NCBI GenBank assembly: GCA_963708075.1
Contig: OY970194.1
Coordinates: 7,424,001 to 7,488,000 of the forward strand
Direction of reading: 5' to 3'
DNA: 64,000 bases
Origin: Sedimentisphaerales bacterium
GTDB lineage: Bacteria > Planctomycetota > Phycisphaerae > Sedimentisphaerales > Anaerobacaceae
Position 1 is the first letter of the stretch; each line of letters begins with the position of its first letter. Below are positions 11,198-23,300 of the stretch, piece after piece. The notes under the pieces are model-generated. The model searched no databases. It had not been told where the DNA came from and saw only the letters and a program-made list of their open reading frames with translations. The translations under genes were made by a program, and so were the position numbers.

Positions 11198-12106
11198 TCA
11201 TGCCATCTCCACCAGGGCACTGTTGATTCGTTGGATGGCCTCGTCGATCTCGGCGGTGCTCTTGAAGCCGATCGTGACGGCATCGATCAAGCCGGACTGC
11301 ATGGCGAAGCGGATGGATTTCTCGCGATCTTCCGGCTTGGTGAAGCGGCCCTCGCCGATGATCTTCATGCCGATGACGCCCCGGCCCTTCTCATGCATCC
11401 GCTTGATCTGCTCCATAACAGGCGCCACGTGCGACGCATTACTCTCGGCGTTCCAGGACTTCGCATCCGCCGTATCCATCAGCGCGCCCTGTGGGTTGAC
11501 GCGGACCAGATGGACATCGACCCAGTCGAGCTCGACGCCCCGTGCCAGCGCAGGCAGACTGTGACAGGAGACGCCGTGCGCCCGAATGATCTTCTTTTCT
11601 TTGGCCTCCTGCATCGCGTCCATCACCCGCTTGCGTTCCTCTTCCCAGTTCGGCGTGATGGTGCAGTGGACGAGCAGGCTATCGATATAGTCGACGCCGT
11701 AGGTCTTGCGGTAGTTGTCGATCTCCTCCAGAGGTTTCTCCGGGTTGCCGCCCATCTTGGTCTGAATGAAGAGCTTCTCGCGTGGCAGCCCTTTGATGGC
11801 CTCCCCGAGCATTGTATGTGTCCGATATGACCGGGCGATATCGATGAACGTGATACCCTGGTCGTAGGCGTACCGGACGAGCTTGTTGAAGCCCTCCTGG
11901 CCAAGCTCCTGCTGGACCCGGCCGCTGCTGGTGCCGCAGCCAATCCCAAGCCGGCTGAGCTTCAGCCCCGTCTTGCCCAACGGCACCTGATCGATCGCAG
12001 TCTTCTTCCCGGCCGCCCGCGCCACCAGCGGTGACAGCAGGATCCCGCCCGCCACCGCAGCCGTCCTCTCGATGAATTGTCGTCTCGTGAATTCTCTTCT
12101 ATGCAT
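11198..12106 (-). CDS. Aldo/keto reductase with Tat signal
   Basis: 'TRRQFIE'; 'LGKTGLKLSRLGIG'; 'GITFIDIARSY'; 'FIQTK'; 'DYIDSLLVH'; 'GVIGMK'. Confidence 0.9.
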   Translation of the reverse strand: MHRREFTRRQFIERTAAVAGGILLSPLVARAAGKKTAIDQVPLGKTGLKLSRLGIGCGTSSGRVQQELGQEGFNKLVRYAYDQGITFIDIARSYRTHTMLGEAIKGLPREKLFIQTKMGGNPEKPLEEIDNYRKTYGVDYIDSLLVHCTITPNWEEERKRVMDAMQEAKEKKIIRAHGVSCHSLPALARGVELDWVDVHLVRVNPQGALMDTADAKSWNAESNASHVAPVMEQIKRMHEKGRGVIGMKIIGEGRFTKPEDREKSIRFAMQSGLIDAVTIGFKSTAEIDEAIQRINSALVEMA

Positions 12107-12500
12107 GAGTGACTCCTCTTAACGTCATGGCTCTTTCACCACTCCGACCCGTGGCTTGTGCAAGTCGTACACGGCGCCGGCCAAACCCGGCACACCCTCC
12201 ATGCTGCCAAAACCGCCCCCAAAACGCAATCTTTTTGTCGCCCCACGCTTGATTGGGTGCGGTCGGCTTCCCGTGGCGGATTTGGACTCGGCGTAGGGCG
12301 AGCGTCCCCGCTCGTCCCCCCTCGGCTGTAGCCATGCACAATATCCCATCCGTTGCAAGGGCCGGGAATGGTCGTGCGGGGACGCACGATCTACGAAGAG
12401 GCTCGCCGATTGCCACCGTATTCCGACCACACCCCCTTGATTCGCTGCCACAGGCCATGCTATCATCTCCAGGTGTCAAACAAACGAAAAGGAGGCCACT

Positions 12501-12977
12501 ATGACGAATAGCGATACTGTAGAATGTTGTCCGCGATTCAACCCTGAGCCCTGGGACGGAAAGGAGTTGTCCTGGAAGGACCGCAAGTTCGTGAAAGACC
12601 GGGTCCGCAGCTTCCTGCACATCCCCCTCAACTTCGGCTCGGTGATGGTACGCAACATGCAGCGGATCGAGGCGGCCGGCGCGAAGGCGGACGAGATGAT
12701 CGTGCTTTCCGACGAGAATTCGCTGTGGGGCGCGGACGTCTACATCAGCGTCAGCAAGGATGTCCCGAACGCGGACAACGTCACGATCTCCGGCACGTTT
12801 CTGAGCAAAGTGTTCGAAGGCCCGTACCAGCACGTGCACAAGTGGATCGAGGAGACGAAGAGCTTCGTCGCCTCCCGCGGCAAACAACTCAAGAAGCTGT
12901 ACTGCTACTACACCACCTGCCCCAAGTGCGCCAGGAAATACGGCAAGAATTATGTGGTGATCCTGGCTCAGGTATGA
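12501..12977 (+). CDS. GyrI-like / bacterial hydrolase-2 family protein
   Basis: AGGAGG RBS; 'CCPRFNPEPWDGK', 'FLSKVFEGPY', 'YYTTCPKCARKYGKNYVVI'. Confidence 0.8.
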   Translation: MTNSDTVECCPRFNPEPWDGKELSWKDRKFVKDRVRSFLHIPLNFGSVMVRNMQRIEAAGAKADEMIVLSDENSLWGADVYISVSKDVPNADNVTISGTFLSKVFEGPYQHVHKWIEETKSFVASRGKQLKKLYCYYTTCPKCARKYGKNYVVILAQV

Positions 12978-13131
12978 GTGGCCTTTTGCCGCACTGCGCC
13001 TTGATTTGCCCGGCGAACTGTGGTATCATGCCATCAGTTGTAGAAGGGGGGGCAGGCGTCGACGTTGAGGATGTCTGAGACGATAAACCGACAAACGCCG
13101 CAGGGTGCGCAAGAGAGTACTGGAGGCTATA

Positions 13132-13320
13132 GTGAATACAGCGAAAGACGAAGTTCAATCCTTGCTCCAGAAGCTGCCTGATGACTGCACGTTGGAGGAC
13201 GTTCAATATCACCTCTATGTGATTGAGAAGATACGCAAAGGCATTGAAAGAGCCGAGACCGAGGGAGCAGTCCCCCAGGAGGAAGTCGAAAGGCGGCTCA
13301 GCAAATGGATTTCAAAGTAA
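13132..13320 (+). CDS. Putative type II antitoxin
   Basis: GGAGG-N5-GTG; 'LPDDCTLEDVQYHLYV..KIRKGIE..G..PQEEV'; overlaps the toxin start. Confidence 0.8.
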   Translation: MNTAKDEVQSLLQKLPDDCTLEDVQYHLYVIEKIRKGIERAETEGAVPQEEVERRLSKWISK

Positions 13321-13619
13321 CCTGGTCCCCTGAAGCTATCGAAGACTTGGAGTCGATCACGGAGTATATCGGTCGGGACTCTGAGTTCTACGCTCGGGCG
13401 GTTGCGACCAGAATCGTGGAGATGGCTCGTGGCATCGGGAGTTTTCCTTGGATTGGGCGCGTGGTGCCGGAACTGGGGGATGAGAAGATCAGAGAACGCT
13501 TGGTCTACAGCTATCGGGTCGTATATCGGGTGGAGGAGAACCGAATCCTCGTTGTGGCGGTGATCCATGGAAAGCGGCTGATCGAGAATATCGCGGACAG
13601 GTTTGGAGGCGACGAGTGA
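13305..13619 (+). CDS. RelE/ParE family toxin
   Basis: 'VTWSPEAIEDLESITEYI', 'FPWIGRVVPE', 'IRE..YSYRVVYRV..ILVVAVIHGKR'. Confidence 0.9.
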   Translation: MDFKVTWSPEAIEDLESITEYIGRDSEFYARAVATRIVEMARGIGSFPWIGRVVPELGDEKIRERLVYSYRVVYRVEENRILVVAVIHGKRLIENIADRFGGDE

Positions 13620-13658
13620 CAACCGCCGGCGAACTGAGTGAGGTGGGGGCTTGTGCCG

Positions 13659-13952
13659 ATGATTCATGACGTCATTGCAGCCGTTTACAGAGGCGACTAC
13701 CGCATCGAACTCGAATTTGACGATGGTCAGCGGGGAGTCGTGGACTTCGCCAGGTACGTCGAACAAGGCGGCGTCATTGAACGGCTCAGGGATATGGATT
13801 TCTTCCGGAGTTTCTCGGTCAATAAGGAGCTTGGCGTCCTGACTTGGGCAGATGAAATCGACATCGCTCCCGAAACGCTCTATGCAGAAGTGACCGGCAG
13901 TGCTCTGCCCGAGTGGATGGAGTCCAAGGACAGCGGCAACGCGAGCTGCTGA
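13659..13952 (+). CDS. DUF2442-family protein
   Basis: 'YRIELEFDDG..GVVDF', 'GVLTWADEIDIAPETLY'. Confidence 0.8.
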   Translation: MIHDVIAAVYRGDYRIELEFDDGQRGVVDFARYVEQGGVIERLRDMDFFRSFSVNKELGVLTWADEIDIAPETLYAEVTGSALPEWMESKDSGNASC

Positions 13953-14003
13953 TCATACTGAGGCTGCTAAAGACAGTAGAGTTTTGATTGAGGGGATAGG
14001 CAT

Positions 14004-14561
14004 ATGAAGCCATTCTACACAGTTGACGCGGGCGAGTTTCTTATCGGCTCAATGATTGAGAGGGAATGCCCCGGTGTATCCCTGTGGTTTCCAGCCAAGG
14101 ACGAAGGCGATGATCTGCTTCTGCTCAATCCGCAAGCCGAGGCATACTGCACCGTCCAAATCAAAGTGTCCCGAGACTACTTGGCCACGCATATGGACAC
14201 GATGTTCCATCCCTGTCTTGAGTGCTGTGGATGGTTCACGCCCAGACGCAGTAAGATCGAGAAGAGCACATCACATCTCTGGATTCTTGGACTTCACTCC
14301 TATGGACATCGGCGACTTAGTGTTCTGGTAATCCCCCCTCAAGAACTGCTCAGACGATATGACATCATTCATGGGCGCCGTGAGAGCCTTCAGAGCTATT
14401 TCTGGCTCACTAAGAACGGACGAGTCTATGAGACTCGGGGGCTCTCAAAGGAAGATCAGGTGCGGATTGCTGAAGGCCGGTATGAGTCGCCACCCGAAAG
14501 AGACTTCACGGGCTTCTTGGGCAGTTGGTCGAAGTTGAAGAGAAGACTCAAGATGAAATAA
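14004..14561 (+). CDS. Putative PD-(D/E)XK nuclease-fold protein
   Basis: 'AGEFLIG', 'KDEGDDLLL', 'TVQIKVSR' match the E..D..(Q/E)xK arrangement; lower GC. Confidence 0.6.
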   Translation: MKPFYTVDAGEFLIGSMIERECPGVSLWFPAKDEGDDLLLLNPQAEAYCTVQIKVSRDYLATHMDTMFHPCLECCGWFTPRRSKIEKSTSHLWILGLHSYGHRRLSVLVIPPQELLRRYDIIHGRRESLQSYFWLTKNGRVYETRGLSKEDQVRIAEGRYESPPERDFTGFLGSWSKLKRRLKMK

Positions 14562-14594
14562 GTGGCAAGGAACCCGCATGGCCTGGGTGATGAG

Positions 14595-15759
14595 TCACGA
14601 TTCGCGCGAGGTTCGGGTGAGGCGCTTGAGGGCGGAGTCTTTGTCGGTAGGGGCCATGTGGCTGTGGCGGACGGCTTCGGCTAAGGTCGTAATCGTTTGG
14701 TCGTAGGTGCGGCGGTCTACGGGGTAGGGGGTTCTCGTCTTTGCCGCCGTGGGCGAAGGAGTAGCGGGCGGGATCCTCGTAGGAGGGCTTGGCGCCGTAG
14801 ATCACTTCGCCGACCAGGGACAGGGCGCGGACGGTCTTGGGACCGACGCCTTCGGTGGCGATCAGTTGCTCGTAGTTCTTCGGGCGAGTGTCACAGAGCA
14901 GGCGAAGGATTTTCTCCAGGTACCGGCTTTTTGAGAAGTCCTCGGTCAGGACCGGGTGCCGGGTGAACTCGGTGTTCTCCAGTTGCAGGAAGGTCAGTTG
15001 TTCGCCTTCTCTTTGGATGCTGATCATCTTGCTCAGCGGCGAGGCGTGGGCGCGGAGGATTTCGATGTCCTTCATCAGCGGCCGATAGCCGGCGTCCACC
15101 ATCTCGACGCTGAGCTGCCGGGACGATTCGCTGCCGCGGGCGGTCAGGTTAAGCAAGTGCTGCCGGCGGCTCGGGGCGACGATACCGGTGTGCGGCTCGC
15201 AGACCAGGTCGTGGACGTTCTCGGAGAACCAGTGATACCGGCGGGCGGAGGCGTCGGCCTCATTCATACCCTGCTGCACGACGGCCCAGGCGCCGTTGCG
15301 GGAGAAGAAGAACGCGTGATGGTAGATCTGGTAGCCGTCCTGGACCAGCGAGTTGTCCACTTTGGCTGCCATGCGTGAGTTGTAGACGAGATTATTGACG
15401 GAGCCGTCGGGCAGGCTGAGTTGATCGCCCCAGGCGGCGATTTCGTCGGGGGTCTTGCGTGAGGTCTTGCCCTTACCGCCGCAGATAAACAGGCCGAGGT
15501 CCTTCTCCTCGTGTCGGATGGCCTCCTTCAGGGCCGCGGTCAGGATGGTGGTCAGGCCGGAGGCGTTCCAGTCGAAGGCCAGCACCGTGCCGAGCGATTG
15601 GAACCACACCGGGTCTGCGATCCGGCGGACGAACTCATCCGGCCCGTACTCGGCCACCAGGACCCGCACCATCTCCCGGCCCAGCTTGACCATCCGCTGG
15701 AACAGCCACGGCGGGCACCGGCCGGTGTCCAACGTGAATGTGGCAATGCCTCTACGCAT
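14595..15759 (-). CDS. DUF763 family protein (1-bp frameshift near 14735)
   Basis: 'CPPWLFQRMVKL', 'DPVWFQSLG..FDWNASGLTT', 'GGKGKTSRKTP', 'SFAHGGKD'; continuation 'PYPVDRRTYDQTI' is in another frame ending at 14595. Confidence 0.85.
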
Positions 15760-15908
15760 GTGGATATCCTATCGGCAGCGAGCCCATCCTTCCCCTTTTA
15801 TCTGTCTACACGAAACGCTTCCACGGAATACTATCCACTTTCTGGCATGGGAGTTCAGTGCGGATGCGGAAATGAAGTGTTACTGCAAGATAGTTGCGAC
15901 TGAAGTAG

Positions 15909-16760
15909 TTAGTAGTCCTTGAATTTCCTCATCCATTCGGGCCATTCGGTGGGTTGGACGCCGCCGCTTCGGGTCAAGCGGCCCCGCGGATCGAACTGCT
16001 TGTGCCACTTGACGGTCCACAACTCTTTGAGATCCACCGAACGGACGGACCAGTCAAGGAACAGGTGGTTGGTCGAGCCGCTGTGCCGGTCGATACAGAA
16101 GTGTCTCATCTCAGAGTTGGCGTTGACCCACTCGCCGTTATAAGTCGGCGGGTCAATTCGATTGCTGTCTTTGTAAGTGGGCGCACCGCCGCGCCACATG
16201 GTGTCGGCGAAGACGGGGATGCTGTTCAGACTGCCCTTGGTGTTTATGTTTCGCCAATAGCATTCGGATGGGCGGCCTTGGATAATGGCCACGCCCGAAG
16301 GCGGATTGAACAGCCAACTGTTCTGCCCGTAGCTACATTCCTCTTGGAGGTTTCCTGGTCCGCCGGCCCCCATGACGTAGGTGTTGAAGGGACCGCCGTG
16401 GGCTTCGCCGCTTGGCAGACGCTTGGTCGCCACGGGGCAGCGGAGGATTTCCGATCTCGTCTCGTACAGTGACCGCAGCGCGAGTATCCATTCGCCGCGC
16501 GTCCAATCCACGTCATCGAGGTTCCCGCTGGGGAAAGAGCCCTCGTTGTCGTTGCAGTACATGTACCAGATGGGGCCCCATTGCTTGAGGGTGGCCCGGC
16601 AGGCGACGGCGCGGGCCTGCTTCTTGACTCGGGACAGGGCGGGCATCAGGATCCCCATCAGCAACGCAATAATGGCGATGACGACAAGCAGCTCGATCAA
16701 GGTGAAGGCGTTGCGTTTGCTCACGGCGAAGCTCCTGAATACGAGCGTGTTCGATTCCAT
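15909..16760 (-). CDS. Prepilin-type N-terminal cleavage/methylation domain protein (DUF1559-like)
   Basis: 'AFTLIELLVVIAIIALLMGILMPAL..ARAVAC'; C-terminal 'RHSGSTNHLFLDWS', an H-X9-DG variant. Confidence 0.9.
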   Translation of the reverse strand: MESNTLVFRSFAVSKRNAFTLIELLVVIAIIALLMGILMPALSRVKKQARAVACRATLKQWGPIWYMYCNDNEGSFPSGNLDDVDWTRGEWILALRSLYETRSEILRCPVATKRLPSGEAHGGPFNTYVMGAGGPGNLQEECSYGQNSWLFNPPSGVAIIQGRPSECYWRNINTKGSLNSIPVFADTMWRGGAPTYKDSNRIDPPTYNGEWVNANSEMRHFCIDRHSGSTNHLFLDWSVRSVDLKELWTVKWHKQFDPRGRLTRSGGVQPTEWPEWMRKFKDY

Positions 16761-17457
16761 GCCGCACATGTGCCCGCACGGCAGCCAAGGCACTACCCGT
16801 GCTACCGACAGCGTTGCATCGCAGTTGTGATAAACCCAGTATAAACGGTGGGGGGCCGCGACGCAATAGATGACCAGCCACAAACGTCCTGTAAATGCAT
16901 TATTATGCGCCCCAGCGGTTATCTTCCCACAAGAGAATACGAAAGAGTCCGCCAGGCTGAACAAGGGTATCGCTGTTAAGTCCTTTTCTGTAAGGAATTT
17001 ATATTCTCAGGCTCGATGGTTTGGCGTTCATTCAATCCGTCTCTTGAATTAGTCTTGGCACGTGTCGGCCGATGTGATATGATCGGGAACGAATGGGGAC
17101 CGGGCGAATCAGGGTTCATTATCGTCCCGGGCCTCGGCAGCATCTCGGAACAGGAGGCAACGGTGACGCACGCCATGACACAAATGGGTACGGCTGCTAC
17201 ATGCGATAATTGTCTCCCTATAAACACTCGGAATCTCTTCAGTCAACACCCTGGCAATAAGATCGCGCAGACGCTCTGTGGCCTGCGCCGGTTTGAGGCG
17301 CTGTAGAAGCCGACACAGAGACAGGATGTGCCTGCGGTGTCACACGGCAGGCAGAGTATACTGCAGAGCCAAGGGCTCTGTTGATGGACGCAAACGTATC
17401 TGGTTGTGACTGTGTAAGAGGCGCACTTGTGAACCGTCGGCAAGAAGGAGGACGACC

Positions 17458-20320
17458 GTGTGTAAGACGCGAGCGATGATGACAACAGTGATGCTGATTG
17501 TCGGGCTCATCGGCCCGGCAGCGATTGGACAGGGTGATCCAAACCTCATGGGCTGGTGGAAATTCGACGGTGACGCATCGGACGCGTCGGGGAACGGGCG
17601 TGACGGTACGCTGGTTGGAGACGCCACGTTCTCGCCCGGCCTGCTTGGCCAGGCGCTCGTCCTGGACGGCACCGGGGATTATGTCAACGTCGTCGGTTAC
17701 AAGGGCGTTCTGGGCGCGAACGCCTTCAGCGTTGCGCTGTGGATCAACACGACGGGCAGCGGCACGATGATCAACTGGGGCACTCAGGCCGCCGCCCAGC
17801 GTGTGGACTTCCGCGTGGACGTGGGCCGGCTTCGCATGGAGCACGGCAACGGTAACGTGCAGGGCAACACCGTGCTGAACGACGGCCAATGGCATCATGT
17901 CGCGTTGACGGTCGTGGCGGGGGCCACCATGACTTATCCGAATGTCACGGTCTATGTGGACGGCGTGGACGACAGCAAGCCGATGATTGCCGGTCCCGCG
18001 TTCGACCTTGTGGCCAACGCGGATTTCACAATCGGCCGTCGCCAGACGAATAGCGACCGGGCATTCATGGGTTGGCTGGATGATGTTCGCCTCTACAATA
18101 GAGTTCTGACGGCCGCCGAGGTTCAGGCACTGGCCGCGCGTCCGAGGGCCTATAACCCCAATCCCCCCTCAGGGGCTGAGGGGGTCGTTTTTCCCCTCCT
18201 CAGTTGGCAGCCTCGCAAGACGGCCATCTGGCATGATGTCTATCTCGGCACTAGCCCCGAGCTGGGACCGGGCGATCTTGTTGCGCCTCACTGGAGGTCT
18301 GCCACATATATCTACCCCGGTCTGATTCCTGGAATGACCTACTACTGGAAAGTGGACGAGATCGAACAGGATGGAACGGTGTATCCGGGCGACGTGTGGA
18401 GCTTCACGTTTGCCTCCTTCCAGGCGTGGAAGCCCGCGCCGGCGGATGGCGAGTCGGCCACGGACCCGAACCTGACGCTCACATGGATGCCGGGATTGAG
18501 CGGCCTTTATCACGAAGTGTACTTCGGTACCGACAAGGCAGCCGTCACCGACGGCGCCGCAGATACGTTCAAAGGCCGGCAGGACGTCATGACTTATGCC
18601 ACCGGCCTGCTGCCGCCCAAGACGACCTACTACTGGCGGGTCGATGAAGTCAATGAGGCGGGCGGGAAGATCAAAGGTCTGGTCTGGACTTTCACCACGC
18701 TGCCTGCGATTTCCATCGCCGATCCGAATCTGGTGGGCTGGTGGACGTTTGATGAGGGCCAGGGCACGCGCACCGTGGACTGGTCGGGTCATGGCCACCA
18801 CGGTACACTGAATGGCACGCCGACCTGGATGGACGGATACGATGGGGCGGCGCTGGCCTTCGATGGAGCGCGGTCCGGTGATTACATCGAGGTACACGAT
18901 TATCCCGGTGTGCTCGGCAAGCGCGATCGCACGGTTGCCGCCTGGATTCAGACGATCACCACCGGCGATATCATGGCCTGGGGCATGGCCACTGCCAACT
19001 CGCAGAAGTGGACTTTCCGCGTGCAGGACGAGAATGGGAACCGTGGGACCATCCGTGTCGAGTGCCAGGGCGGGCGTATCGTTGGCTGGACGGACCTGCG
19101 CGATGGGGAATGGCATCACGTCGCCGCCATACTGAGAAGCGCCGGCGAGCCCACGATCCTGGATGTCGGACTTTACGTCGACGGCGTGCAGGAAGCGGTC
19201 AGCGACTCGCTGTCGATGGCCATCGATACAGTCGGCGGTGATCGCAACGTGCGGATCGGCGATAGCCATCAGAACCGACCAGTCACCGGCCTGCTTGATG
19301 ATGTCCGTATTTATGACAGGGCGCTGAGCGAGGAGGAACTGGATGCGGTCATGAGGATCGACCCGCAGCGGGCCTGGAGGCCGTATCCGGCTACCGGTTC
19401 TATTGTGGATATTCGGATGGCGACACCGCTGACATGGTCCGCCGGCGATAGTGCCACGAAGCACGATGTGTATCTTGGCACGGACGCGGCGGCGGTGGCG
19501 GACGCTAATCAGCGCCGCCACGACGGGGATCTACCAGGGGCAGACCAACGTGACCAGCCTTGCCCCCGCGGGAGACCTTCAATGGGGACAGAAGTACTTC
19601 TGGCGAGTGGATGAGATCGCCGCGGACGGCACTGTCACGACCGGGAGAGTCTGGAGCTTCACGGTGGCGGCCTACCTGATCGTCGATGATTTCGAGAGCT
19701 ACACGAATGACAGTCCCAACCGTGTCTTCCAGGCATGGATCGACGGCATGGGCTTCTCGGCGGACGAGTACTTCCCGCAGGCTAATTCGGGCAACGGCAG
19801 CAATGCCGCCGTGGGCTACGACATCTGGAGCCCCACCAGCCCGTACTACAATGGACGAATCATGGAGCGGGCAAACGTTTACAGCGGCTCACAAGCGATG
19901 CCGATGGACTACAACAACACCGTTCCCCTGTACTTTTCCGAGGCCGAGCGGACGTGGGCGACGCCGCAGAACTGGTTGTTCAATGATGTCAACACGCTCG
20001 TGTTGCACTTCCGTGGCGAGCCGACGAACTCCCTGCCGGTAGCGCCGGGCGGCCTCTACATTGCCGTGCGGGACTCCTCGAACCGAACCGCTGTCGCAGT
20101 CCATCCGGATCCGGCGGCGGTGACGAGTGCCGCCTGGCAGCGGTGGACGATCGATCTGGCGGAATTGAAGTCGGCCGGCGTGAACCTCAAGGCGGTCGAG
20201 AAGATGTATGTCGGCGTAGGGGATCGGAGCAATCCCCAACCCGGTGGCGCCGGTCGGTTGTACATCGATGATATCCGCATCTCCAACGGTGTTCCGGTGG
20301 AGCCAAATGCAGTGCCCTAG
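17458..20320 (+). CDS. Secreted LamG/concanavalin-like multidomain protein (1-bp frameshift near 19508)
   Basis: GAAGGAGG RBS, signal peptide, two LamG domains ('GWWKFDG', 'WHHVA', 'LDDVRLY'); ORFs 17458-19614 and 19451-20320 together are colinear with paralog 20397-23828. Confidence 0.85.
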
Positions 20321-20396
20321 ACCTCCTGGTATGGGCGTTTCTGGTTGTGAGCGGGTGACGGCGACCCGCGCGAACTGTCTTTGAAGGAGGACGACC

Positions 20397-23300
20397 ATGG
20401 GTAAGAGACTTGCGACAGTGACAATGGGGATGCTGCTCGTCGGGCTCATCGGCCCGGCGGCTATCGGCCAGGGCGATCCAAGCCTGATGGGTTGGTGGAA
20501 GTTCGACGGCGATGCGCTGGATTCCTCCGGCAACAATCGCAGCGGGACGCTGGTCGGCGACGCCGCGTACCGGCCGGGCCTGTTCGGCCAGGCACTCATG
20601 CTGGATGGCACCGGGGACTTCGTTAACATCACCGGCTACAAGGGGATCCTGGGCGCTAATCCCTTCAGTGTTTCGCTGTGGGTCAACACGACCAGTAGCG
20701 GCGGCACGATGGTCAACTGGGGGGCCCAAGTGAATAATCAGCGCGTGGACTTGCGCCTGGACCAGAGCCGGCTCCGCATCGAGACCGGCGGCGGAAACCT
20801 GCAGGGCAAGACTGTGCTGAACGACGGTCTATGGCACCACGTAGTGCTGACGGTCGCGGCAGGGGCTTCCATCTCCTATCCGGAGGTCGTTCTCTATCTG
20901 GACGGCAAGGATGACAGCCAGACCACGACAGACCCTGACAAGTTCAATATCACGGCCAACGTGGATCTCACGTTGGGCCGTCGCCAGACGAACACCGACC
21001 GGGCGATCCCCGCTCTGATCGATGATGTCCGTATCTATGACAGAGTCCTGACGGCCGCCGAGGTCCAGACGCTGTCGCTGTTGCCCAAAGCCATGGTTCC
21101 GAACCCCGCCGACAAGGCGCAGGGCGTGGCTATCCCCGTACTCACATGGAAACCTCGTCAAACGGCGGTGTGGCACGATGTGTATCTGGGCACGAGTCCA
21201 GAACTTGGGCCGGCCGACCTGGTTGCGTCGCATCAGCGCGATCCGAGCTACTTGCATATCGCCGGGATGATTCCCGGGACAACGTATTACTGGAAGGTCG
21301 ATGAGATCGAACTCGATGGAACGGTGTATCCCGGTGATGTGTGGAGCTTTACGTTTGCCTCGTTCCAGGCGTGGAAGCCGGTGCCGGCGGATGGCGAGCC
21401 GTGTACGGACCCGAACCTGACGCTCACCTGGATGTCAGGGCTGACCGGCATCTCTCACGACTTGTACTTCGGCACCGACCAGACGGCCGTAGCTGACGGG
21501 ACCGGAGATACCTCCAAAGGCAACCTGCCGCTCCCGAACTATGCTACCGGCCTGCTGCAGTCAGGCACGACCTACTATTGGCGGGTCGATGAGGTCAATA
21601 GCGCAGGAGGCAAGATCAAAGGTCCCGTCTGGACGTTCACGACACTGCCGGTCATCCCCATCAACGATCCGAATCTGATGGGATGGTGGACATTCGATGA
21701 GGGACGGGGCAGCCGCGTGGTTGACTGGTCGGGTCACGGCCGCCACGGCACACTCCATGGAGCACCGGCATGGGTAGACGGTTATGATGCAGGCGCGATG
21801 GCCTTTCACGGGCCGCTGTCCGGGGATTACGTCGAGATCGCCGGCTATCCCGGCATCCTGGGCAAGCACGATCGCACCGTCGCCGCCTGGATTCAGACGA
21901 CCACAACCGGTGACATCATGGGCTGGGGCCTGGGAACCGACACGCAGAAGTGGACCCTCCGTGTGCAGACGGACAACGGCAACCCGGGGAGTCTTCGCCT
22001 GGAAGTCCAGGGCGGACGCATTTGCGGCTGGACGGACCTGCGCGATGGGGAATGGCACCATGTGGCTGCCGTGCTGGAAAGCACCGGGGCGCCCACGATT
22101 GCGAACATCAGGCTTTACGTGGATGGCGTACAGGAAGCGATCAGCGACTCGCTGGTCGGAGACGTCAACACGGTCCCCGGCACGCGGAGCGTACGGATCG
22201 GCGACGCCCACCAGCTCCGCCCGATGCTGGGGCCGCTCGACGATGTCCGGATCTATGATAAGGCGCTGACCCAGGAAGAGTTGGATGCGGTCATGAGAAT
22301 CGACCCGCTGCGCGCCTGGCGGCCCTACCCAGTCACCGGCTCAATCATGGACATTCGAGTGGCGACGCCGCTCACGTGGACGGCCGGCGACAGTGCGTCC
22401 AAGCACGATGTCTACCTCGGTACGGATGCTGCGGCGGTGGCGGCTGCGGCCAACTCCGATACAACCGGGATCTACCAGGAGCAGACCGGCGCAACCAGCT
22501 TCACTCCCGCTACGGCGATTGTGTGGGGACAGAAGTATTTCTGGCGCGTCGATGAGATCAACGCCGACGGCACCGTGACCAAAGGAACGGTCTGGAGCTT
22601 CAGCATCGCGGACTATCTGATCGTCGATGACTTGGAGAGCTACACGAACGATAGTCCTGACCGGGTCTTCCAGACGTGGATCGACGGCATAGGCTTCTCA
22701 GCAGACGAGTTCTTCCCGCAGGATAATCCGGGCAACGGCAGCAATGCCGCCGCCGGCTACGACATCTGGACCCCTACCAGCCCGTACTACAATGGGCGAA
22801 TCATGGAGCGGGCGAACGTCTACAGCGGCTCACAGGCGATGCCGATGGATTACAACAACACCTTGTCCCCGTATTACTCCGAGGTCGAGCGAACGTGGGC
22901 GACGCCGCAGAACTGGCTGTTCAACGACGTCAACACGCTCGTGCTGCACTTCCGCGGCCGGCCGGCGAGCTACACAGAGGTAGCGCCTGATCATATCATC
23001 ATGAGCGCCGCCGGCTGGGACATCTGGCACAGCGCCGCATTGGATCGGTTCGATGAGTTCCGTTTCGTGTACAAGCGCCTCACCGGCGACGGCACGATCA
23101 TCGCTCGCGTGGACAGCATCGACAACACCAACGTATGGGCGAAGGGCGGCGTGATGATCCGTGAGAGTCTCGACTGGGGCTCTCGGCATGCGTCGGTCTT
23201 CGTCACCCCCGGCCAGGGCGTGGCCTTCCAGCGACGCTTGACGGCCAATGATGCCGGTCTGAGCACTCAACAGGCAGGCGTCGTGGCGCCAATGTGGGTC

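Noticed and set aside
8689..14561. Integron cassette array
   Set aside because: Short lower-GC genes and a TA pair are suggestive, but I found no RYYYAAC..GTTRRRY attC structure or integrase.
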